64,000 nucleotides of DNA, taken from NCBI GenBank assembly GCA_963674945.2, contig CAXXWQ010000003.1:2080001-2144000 (forward strand), given 5' to 3'. Below, piece by piece: positions 57,392-64,000 of this stretch; position 1 is the first letter of the stretch; every line of letters begins with the position of its first letter. Made by a program: the position numbers and the translations under genes. The notes under the pieces were generated by a model. The model did not search any database and had not been told where the DNA came from. It was given only the letters and a program-made list of their open reading frames with translations. The stretch is from an uncultured Desulfosarcina sp. GTDB taxonomy: Bacteria; Desulfobacterota; Desulfobacteria; Desulfobacterales; Desulfosarcinaceae.

Positions 57392-59164
57392 ATGAAGGTG
57401 TTGGTGATCGGTGGTGGCGGAAGAGAGCACGCCCTGGTTTGGAAGATCGCTCAGAGTCCGCGTGTGAAAAAGATTTTTTGCGCACCGGGAAATGCTGGTA
57501 TCGCAAAGCTGGCCACCTGCGTTGCCATCGATGCCACGGATATCGACGGTCTTCTCACCTTTGCCGGTGATGAGAAGATTGATCTGACCATCGTAGGACC
57601 GGAAGATCCCTTGGCCGGTGGCATCGTCGATCGGTTCGAGTCAAAGGGGCTGCGGATATTCGGTGCCAGCCGAAAGGCAGCGCGCATCGAATCGAGCAAA
57701 TCCTTTGCCAAGGCGATCATGGAAAAGTACGGCGTCCCCACGGCCATCGGTGAGACCTTTACCCGATACGCACAGGCCCAGGCCTACGTAAAGAAAATCG
57801 GGGCACCGGTGGTGGTCAAGGCAGACGGTCTGGCCGCGGGCAAGGGAGTCATCGTCTGTACCACAGAAAAGATGGCCATGGATGCGCTCAAGCAGATCAT
57901 GGTGGACCGCGATTTCGGTGAAGCCGGCGATCAGGTGGTTGTCGAAGAGTGCCTGGTGGGAGAAGAGGCCTCCTTTCTGGCCTTCACGGACGGAAAGACC
58001 GTTCTGCCGCTACCTTCCTCCCAGGACCACAAACCCGTCTACGATGGCGACAAGGGGCTCAACACCGGGGGTATGGGGGCCTATTCTCCGGCACCGGTGG
58101 TGGATCAATACCTTCACAGACGAATCGTGGATGAAGTGATGACTCCCATGGTGCGGGGTATGGCCGCCGAGGGGTGTCCATACAAAGGAGTTCTCTATGC
58201 CGGGTTGATGATCGACGGTGATCGGATCAAGGTACTTGAATTCAACGGCCGATTCGGTGATCCGGAGGCCCAGCCGCTTCTGGTGCGTCTTGAAAATGAT
58301 ATCATTCCCATCATGGAAGCCGTCATCGACGAACGTCTGGACACCTGCACGCTTGACATCGATCCCAGGGCATCGGTTTGCGTGGTCATGGCTGCCGGAG
58401 GATATCCGAAAAGCTATAAAAAGGGCCATGAGATCAAGGGAATCGATGCGGCCAATCGCATGCGCGACGTGGTGGTTTTTCACGCCGGAACAAGGGCGGA
58501 GGGGAAGAAGATTCTATCCCATGGGGGGCGTGTACTTGGGGTCACCGCCCTGGGCGACACGGTCGAATCGGCCATCAAGAAGGCGTATCAGGCCGTGGCA
58601 AAGATCAAATGGAGCAAAGTCCATTTTCGAACGGATATCGGAAAGAAGGCCCTGGTACGAATGCAGGCGGTGCCGCGGGTGGGCATCGTCATGGGGAGTG
58701 ATTCGGACCTGAAGGTAATGGAAGGCGCCTTGGGCGTTTTCAAGAGATTCGGCATCCCCATTGAAATGACCGTTGCGTCGGCCCACCGCAGCCCTCGGCG
58801 AGCTGCGGAATATGCCGCCTCCGCAAAACAGCGGGGCCTGAAGGTGATCATCGCCGGCGCCGGCCATGCGGCTCACCTGGCCGGCGTGATGGCCGCACAC
58901 ACAACCTTGCCGGTGATCGGCGTGCCCATCGATTCCTCCTGTCTCGACGGTATGGATTCCCTCCTCTCCACAGTACAGATGCCGCCTGGAATTCCGGTGG
59001 CAACGGTCTCCATTGGAAAGCCAGGAGCAAAAAACGCGGCGATCCTGGCGACACAGATCATGGCCGTGGATGACGAAACGCTGTCCGCCAAGTTGGCGGC
59101 ATTCAAAGACGAAATGGCCGAACAGGTTGACCAGAAGGCGGAAAAACTCGCGGGATACCGATAA
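57392..59164 (+). CDS. purD: Phosphoribosylamine--glycine ligase PurD fused to N5-CAIR mutase PurE
   Basis: GGGGREHAL, KADGLAAGKGV, NTGGMGAYSP, RFGDPE; then VGIVMGSDSD, SAHR, QMPPGIPVATV. Confidence 0.95.
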   Translation: MKVLVIGGGGREHALVWKIAQSPRVKKIFCAPGNAGIAKLATCVAIDATDIDGLLTFAGDEKIDLTIVGPEDPLAGGIVDRFESKGLRIFGASRKAARIESSKSFAKAIMEKYGVPTAIGETFTRYAQAQAYVKKIGAPVVVKADGLAAGKGVIVCTTEKMAMDALKQIMVDRDFGEAGDQVVVEECLVGEEASFLAFTDGKTVLPLPSSQDHKPVYDGDKGLNTGGMGAYSPAPVVDQYLHRRIVDEVMTPMVRGMAAEGCPYKGVLYAGLMIDGDRIKVLEFNGRFGDPEAQPLLVRLENDIIPIMEAVIDERLDTCTLDIDPRASVCVVMAAGGYPKSYKKGHEIKGIDAANRMRDVVVFHAGTRAEGKKILSHGGRVLGVTALGDTVESAIKKAYQAVAKIKWSKVHFRTDIGKKALVRMQAVPRVGIVMGSDSDLKVMEGALGVFKRFGIPIEMTVASAHRSPRRAAEYAASAKQRGLKVIIAGAGHAAHLAGVMAAHTTLPVIGVPIDSSCLDGMDSLLSTVQMPPGIPVATVSIGKPGAKNAAILATQIMAVDDETLSAKLAAFKDEMAEQVDQKAEKLAGYR

Positions 59165-59795
59165 GATCCTTCACGTCGATCCTCGACGTCCCAAGAGAGA
59201 GGATATCCTGGCGGCGGTGCGGATCCTCGAGCGACAGGGGATCGTGGTGATTCCCACAGCGGGATTGTATGGATTGGCTGCCGATGCCTCCAGTGCCGAG
59301 GCCGTACGAAGAATCTTTGCCATCAAGCGACGGCCACCCCAAAAACCCTTGCCGGTCTTGCTGTCCGACCCGATGCAGATTTCTCTTGTGGTGCGGACGG
59401 TGCCTGATCATGCAAAGCCCCTCATGGGGTTATGGCCCGGAGGCATCACACTGATCTTCGAAGCGATCGACGGTCTTCCGGATGAATTGACCGGGAGAAC
59501 AGGAAAAATTGGCGTGCGGATACTGGGCCATCCGGTGGCAAGGGCAGTTGCCACCCGGTTTGGGGGACCCATTACCGGGACCAGTGCCAACCTTTCCGGC
59601 GAACCGGCCGTTGCCGACGCAGCCAACCTGGAACCCGAGATTCAATCCGGTGTGGATCTGGTGCTGGATGTCGGCAGGCTTTCCGGCAAAGGCGGTTCCA
59701 CCATCGTGGATGTGACCCGCTGGCCCATTCGTTTGCTTCGAGAGGGACGCGTTCCGCTAAGGGTTATCGAATCAGTTCTGAAAGATGGTCCATAA
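59127..59795 (+). CDS. tsaC: L-threonylcarbamoyladenylate synthase (TsaC/YrdC)
   Basis: PTAGLYGLAAD, KRRP..KPL, WPGGITL, GTSANLSG, STIVD; start uncertain (TTG at 59127 proposed). Confidence 0.88.
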   Translation: MTRRRKNSRDTDKILHVDPRRPKREDILAAVRILERQGIVVIPTAGLYGLAADASSAEAVRRIFAIKRRPPQKPLPVLLSDPMQISLVVRTVPDHAKPLMGLWPGGITLIFEAIDGLPDELTGRTGKIGVRILGHPVARAVATRFGGPITGTSANLSGEPAVADAANLEPEIQSGVDLVLDVGRLSGKGGSTIVDVTRWPIRLLREGRVPLRVIESVLKDGP

Positions 59796-59815
59796 CGAAT
59801 TGGCTGTTAAACTCA

Positions 59816-59844
59816 TTGACAATCCTTTGCTTATTGCTTATATA
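59816..59844 (+). promoter_or_regulatory. Sigma70-type promoter of the tRNA
   Basis: TTGACA-N17-TATATA, about 10 nt upstream of the tRNA. Confidence 0.65.
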
Positions 59845-59854
59845 ACGCACCCAC

Positions 59855-59942
59855 GCCGGGGTGGTGAAATTGGTAGACGCACTGGACTCAAAATCCAGCG
59901 GACCTTGCGTCCGTGAGGGTTCGATTCCCTCCCCCGGCACCA
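59855..59942 (+). tRNA. tRNA-Leu (CAA)
   Basis: Acceptor stem GCCGGGG/CCCCGGC + ACCA; anticodon arm CTGGA-CTCAAAA-TCCAG; long variable arm; GGTTCGATTCC. Confidence 0.97.
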
Positions 59943-59961
59943 AATGACATTCCAATTCTTG

Positions 59962-59993
59962 AAAGGCCCTGAGAAATCGGGGCTTTTTTTTTC
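59962..59993 (+). terminator. Intrinsic terminator after the tRNA
   Basis: GGCCCTGAGAAATCGGGGCT followed by a T run. Confidence 0.8.
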
Positions 59994-60473
59994 GTTTTGA
60001 TGTTCGGAAATTGGCTGAAAAAATCCGTTGACAACCCCTGATTTTTGGGCCTATATCTACAGGTCTATCAAAAAATATGGAAACGATAAAAACTAAATGT
60101 TATTCGTTTTAAGATTTATTTCTTAACTGTTTCAGTATCTTAAAATCTGGTCAGTCCATAGAAGATATCAATCGGCCGTCGATAACAGATTCGCCGGTTG
60201 TTTTTTGCTCTTTGACATAACGACTCGATCGATCTCACGATCGCAGTCTTTTCGGCGCGGTTTCTCCTGAAAACGCAAAATTATGGTAGTACTCTTTCTG
60301 AGTAACCGGTTCAATTATTACGTCAAGCTGATTTTATCACGAATATACTTGGATATGAACGAAAATGCAGTATTCAATCCAGGTTTTCAAAGCGCTAGAT
60401 GAAAGTTCTTCACTGGAAAATTGTTGATCTGTCTATGTAGCGAACTAAATATGCAAACTCATGGAGGAAAAAT

Positions 60474-61535
60474 ATGACCATGGAAAAGAGTTTTTGTTCC
60501 GAGCGAGAACCGTATGTCGATGTTGCGTTGGTTGCCGATTACATCCGCTCGGTCCAGAATGATTCTGGAGAGATTCCCTGGTCGAAAGGAGGACAAACCG
60601 ATAATTGGGATCACGTCGAATGTGCCATGGCATTGACGGTTTGCGGCTATGAGAAGGAAGCTCGTGATGCCTATCGCTGGTCCGCCAATGTTCAGATGGA
60701 AGACGGAAGCTGGTGGTCCAATTACGACAACGGGAAGCCACGCAAAGATTCCCACAAGGACCCGAATATGTCCGCTTACATTGCCGTTGGGCTTTTTCAT
60801 TACTACGTCGTAACCAAGGACAAGGCTTTCCTTCACTCCATGTGGAAAACGATTTCCCGCACAATGAATTTCATTTTGGAGATGCAAGGGGATGGGGGGC
60901 AGATTTATTGGAACAAGAGCAAAACGGGTATAATCGAGAAAAAGGCCCTGTTAACCGGATCATGTTCCATCTATCTGAGTGTCAGCTGTGCGTTGGCCAT
61001 CGCATCGGTATTGGGAATCAACAAACCGGAATGGAAAATCGCCCGGGAAAAGCTCAGGAATGCGATTTCGGACAAACCACACCTGTTCGACAAAACCAAA
61101 TCCCGATACTCCATGGACTGGTACTATCCCGTGCTCAGCGGCGTTTATCGGGGAGAAAGAGCCCAAGAGCGCATCGAAAGAATGTGGGACTTGTTTGTCG
61201 TAAAGGACTGGGGGGTTCTTTGTGTGTCTGACAGTCCCTGGGTGACCATCGGTGAGTCCTCGGAACTTTGCCTCAGCCTCTGCGCATATGGCAATCGAAG
61301 CCTTGCGGAAACCGTGTTTGGGTGGATTTATGAAAAAAGATACGAGGATGGAGCGTATTGGACCGGCATCACGGTCCCCGACGAGGTTATATACACAGAA
61401 GAAAAGACGACCTGGAGCGGTGCTGGTGTTATCCTCGCGGCCGATTCCATCTATTCGATCAGCAGTGCCGATCGGTTTTTCCATCACGGTTTCATCGATT
61501 CCTATATCGATCAATCCCTGATACGAATTTCATGA
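60474..61535 (+). CDS. Prenyltransferase/terpene-cyclase-like (alpha/alpha-toroid) protein
   Basis: Q..SGEIPW, DNWDHVECAMAL, Q.EDGSW repeats, SRYSMDWYYPVL, DGAYWTG. Confidence 0.7.
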   Translation: MTMEKSFCSEREPYVDVALVADYIRSVQNDSGEIPWSKGGQTDNWDHVECAMALTVCGYEKEARDAYRWSANVQMEDGSWWSNYDNGKPRKDSHKDPNMSAYIAVGLFHYYVVTKDKAFLHSMWKTISRTMNFILEMQGDGGQIYWNKSKTGIIEKKALLTGSCSIYLSVSCALAIASVLGINKPEWKIAREKLRNAISDKPHLFDKTKSRYSMDWYYPVLSGVYRGERAQERIERMWDLFVVKDWGVLCVSDSPWVTIGESSELCLSLCAYGNRSLAETVFGWIYEKRYEDGAYWTGITVPDEVIYTEEKTTWSGAGVILAADSIYSISSADRFFHHGFIDSYIDQSLIRIS

Positions 61536-61610
61536 CATTGTTTTCGTAAATTTCCCTGTCGAGGATTGATTTGAAGAAGTTTTACTTTGAAAAAAGGAGC
61601 ATCCGGTTAT

Positions 61611-63278
61611 ATGCGCGTCGCAATTATCAACCCGCCATACCCCCTAGAAGAGTTCCCATCCCCACCGCTGGGTGTGTGCTATGTGGCAGCCGCCTTTGAA
61701 AAAGCCGGTGCAGATGTTCGAATCTTCGACTTTGTCGTTTCCGAATATAGTCCTCAAAAGTTGAGGCGTTGGTTGGAAAATTTTTCTCCTGACGTCGTCG
61801 GAACAACCTCCGTTACAATGAGTTTCAATGACGCTGCAGAAATTTTATCTGCTGCGAAAGAGATAAAACCCTCCATCGTGAGTATCATGGGGGGGCCACA
61901 CGTGTCTTTTTCTGCGCAACAGACCATGGAACAGTATCCTGGTATCGACATGATCGTCATCGGTGAGGGGGAAGAGACGATCGCGGAGATCGCGCCTCGG
62001 ATTTTCGACAAGAAGGCCTGGTTCGAAGTACCGGGGATTGCCTTCCGTGACGAGAACGAATTCTTCTTCACGCAAAAGAGGCAATTCATTCAGGATCTGG
62101 ATTCCATCCCCTTTCCTGCGCGTCACCTATTGCCCATTTCCAAATACAGGGCGTTGACGTTTCCCGTATCGATCATTACCAGCCGCGGGTGTCCCAATCG
62201 ATGCATCTTCTGTGTCGGCCACCGGATGGTGGGACACAAGGTCCGGTATCGGAGTATCGATCGGGTATTGGACGAGGTGGAGCATCTGATTGCCCTCGGA
62301 TTTAACCGGATCAACATTGCCGATGATCTGTTCACATCGAACAAGAAGCGTGTTTCCGCCTTCTGCGAAGGGATAAAAAGCAGGGGACTCGACATTTCAT
62401 GGACCGCCTTTTCCAGGGTGAACACCATCGACGAAGAGACCGTCCGCCAGATGAAATCCGCTGGATGCGACACGATCAGTTTCGGTATCGAAACGGGAAA
62501 TAAAGAGATGCTGAAACGGATTCGAAAGGGAATTACCCTCGAACAGGCACGTCGTGCCGCAGCAATTTGTAAAAAGGTTGGCGTTTTGGCCCATTCCTCT
62601 TTTATCGTCGGACTGCCTGGGGAAACTGCGGAAACACTGGCGGAAACGGATCGTTTCACGAAGGAATTCGGTATGGTTTTCGGCTACCATTTTCTGGCAC
62701 CGTTTCCGGGAACCACCGTCTACGAAAACATCGAGGAGTATGATCTGGAACTGCTCACGACCGACTGGCGGTTGTACGATGCCAATCGTCCCGTGGTACG
62801 AACGTCGAGTGTAAGCGCCGACGATGCGAACGACTTCGTTGACCGCTACATGGATATCATCAATATGGAATGGGACCGTATCGAAAAGGGATACGTAGAA
62901 GGAACCAATACATCCGAGGAGAATTTGAAGGTAGAAGGACGCCAAAGCATGAGCATCATCTACGATATCATCTCCAAGGGGTTGATTGAAGAATATGGCA
63001 GAATCGAAGAAAAGATCGACGGCAACACGGAAACCGCACTTACAATTTTAATTAAAAGAGTCGCTGATGCCACGAAAACAACCCATGAGATTACGAACCG
63101 GGTGATCCGTAATTTCCACAAGTGGGGAAACATTCAGATTCGAGATGAAGAGGAAATGTCCGTATGGGAATGGACGCCGAATCCTGAATATGCGAATTAT
63201 GCGAAATGGTTACGGTTATCCGCCGAAGGCGCAGAAGTTACAATGAAAAATCACCCGGAGAGAAAATATGCGTCTTGA
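61611..63278 (+). CDS. B12-binding-domain radical SAM protein
   Basis: PPLG..YVAA, GGPH, GEGE, TSRGCPNRCIFC (CX3CX2C), GIETG, GLPGET. Confidence 0.92.
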   Translation: MRVAIINPPYPLEEFPSPPLGVCYVAAAFEKAGADVRIFDFVVSEYSPQKLRRWLENFSPDVVGTTSVTMSFNDAAEILSAAKEIKPSIVSIMGGPHVSFSAQQTMEQYPGIDMIVIGEGEETIAEIAPRIFDKKAWFEVPGIAFRDENEFFFTQKRQFIQDLDSIPFPARHLLPISKYRALTFPVSIITSRGCPNRCIFCVGHRMVGHKVRYRSIDRVLDEVEHLIALGFNRINIADDLFTSNKKRVSAFCEGIKSRGLDISWTAFSRVNTIDEETVRQMKSAGCDTISFGIETGNKEMLKRIRKGITLEQARRAAAICKKVGVLAHSSFIVGLPGETAETLAETDRFTKEFGMVFGYHFLAPFPGTTVYENIEEYDLELLTTDWRLYDANRPVVRTSSVSADDANDFVDRYMDIINMEWDRIEKGYVEGTNTSEENLKVEGRQSMSIIYDIISKGLIEEYGRIEEKIDGNTETALTILIKRVADATKTTHEITNRVIRNFHKWGNIQIRDEEEMSVWEWTPNPEYANYAKWLRLSAEGAEVTMKNHPERKYAS

Positions 63279-64000
63279 ACCAAGCGCAGCAGCAATGAAC
63301 GGCGGTCCACTTAAAATTTGTATGTTGGGATATCGAAGCAACCCCCACTGCGGCGGTCAAGGCGTCTACATCAAAAATCTGAGCAGGGCCTTACAGGACT
63401 TGGGGCATCGGGTAACCGTCCTTTCCGGTCCTCCGTATCCGGACTTGGATGATGATGTAACGCTTTTTACGCTTCCGAGTATGGACATGTACCATCCGGA
63501 TCGGTTTCTTCGTTTATGGAATCCCCTTTTGCTGGCAAATCCCTTTAACTTCATCGAATGGTTGGGAATAACGAGTATGGGGTTTTCCGAACCATTGGCA
63601 TTCGGAATGCGCGCCCATCAATTTATCAGGTCCCGGGCCGCCGATTTTGATATCGTTCACGACAACCAGAGTCTCTCCTATGGTTTGTGGTCCATCAGTC
63701 AATATCTGCCTACCACCGCTACGATCCACCATCCTATCAGCATCGACCGAACCATTGCGATCAACTCGGCACGGTCGGCTCTGAAAAAGGTGATGGAATG
63801 GCGATGGTATTCATTTGTCGGCATGCAGCAAAAAATTGCCCGGACGCTTTCCAGAATTTTGACGGTATCCCAAAATTCCCGCAGAAATACCAGTCGAGAA
63901 TTCAAGATTCCGTCCTCCCGATTTCGTGTTGTGCCCAACGGTATCGATTTGCACAGATTTCATCGTCTGCCGGGGGTTAAGCGTGAGGCAAATCGGATCA
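63268..64000 (+). CDS. Glycosyltransferase family 4 protein (runs off the window end)
   Basis: Manual translation MRLEPSAAAMNGGPLKICMLGYRSNPHCGGQGVY..SGPPYP..HDNQSL..VVPNGID; absent from the ORF track because it has no stop in the window. Confidence 0.85.
   Translation, partial: MRLEPSAAAMNGGPLKICMLGYRSNPHCGGQGVYIKNLSRALQDLGHRVTVLSGPPYPDLDDDVTLFTLPSMDMYHPDRFLRLWNPLLLANPFNFIEWLGITSMGFSEPLAFGMRAHQFIRSRAADFDIVHDNQSLSYGLWSISQYLPTTATIHHPISIDRTIAINSARSALKKVMEWRWYSFVGMQQKIARTLSRILTVSQNSRRNTSREFKIPSSRFRVVPNGIDLHRFHRLPGVKREANRI

Noticed and set aside
59943..60470. Integrase or prophage at tRNA-Leu
   Set aside because: No integrase ORF or duplicated tRNA 3' end is seen in the window; only a compositional shift.

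Overview
This looks like a deltaproteobacterial chromosome segment, probably Desulfobacterales/Desulfosarcina-like (inferred from gene content and repeat types). It is dominated by a ~53 kb cobalamin/cobalt acquisition region with seven cobalamin riboswitches. These precede: (i) a minus-strand operon ccsA-like/resB-like + Fe/B12-type ABC importer + cobN + TonB-dependent receptor + chlD/chlI-type ATPases + ABC ATPase; (ii) a TonB-ExbBD energising operon; (iii) a receptor + putative surface protein; (iv) a plus-strand operon with an exported, membrane-anchored CobN-like protein + DUF2162/ExbB-like/DUF2149 (hmuSTUV-like), a BtuF-CbiZ fusion, a receptor and cbiK; (v) btuFCD. The remaining two riboswitches lie in a ~305 bp module duplicated as a direct repeat around ~10 kb of unrelated, partly decayed cargo. 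The right end carries ddl, a purD-purE fusion, tsaC, tRNA-Leu(CAA) and a lower-GC cluster (prenyltransferase-fold protein, B12 radical SAM, GT4). Heptamer repeat arrays sit at many gene junctions and a ~130 bp MITE-like element occurs twice. The best candidate for an undescribed system is an envelope-localised corrinoid/cobalt salvage and remodelling machinery. Family assignments come from motif recognition only; no database search was run.
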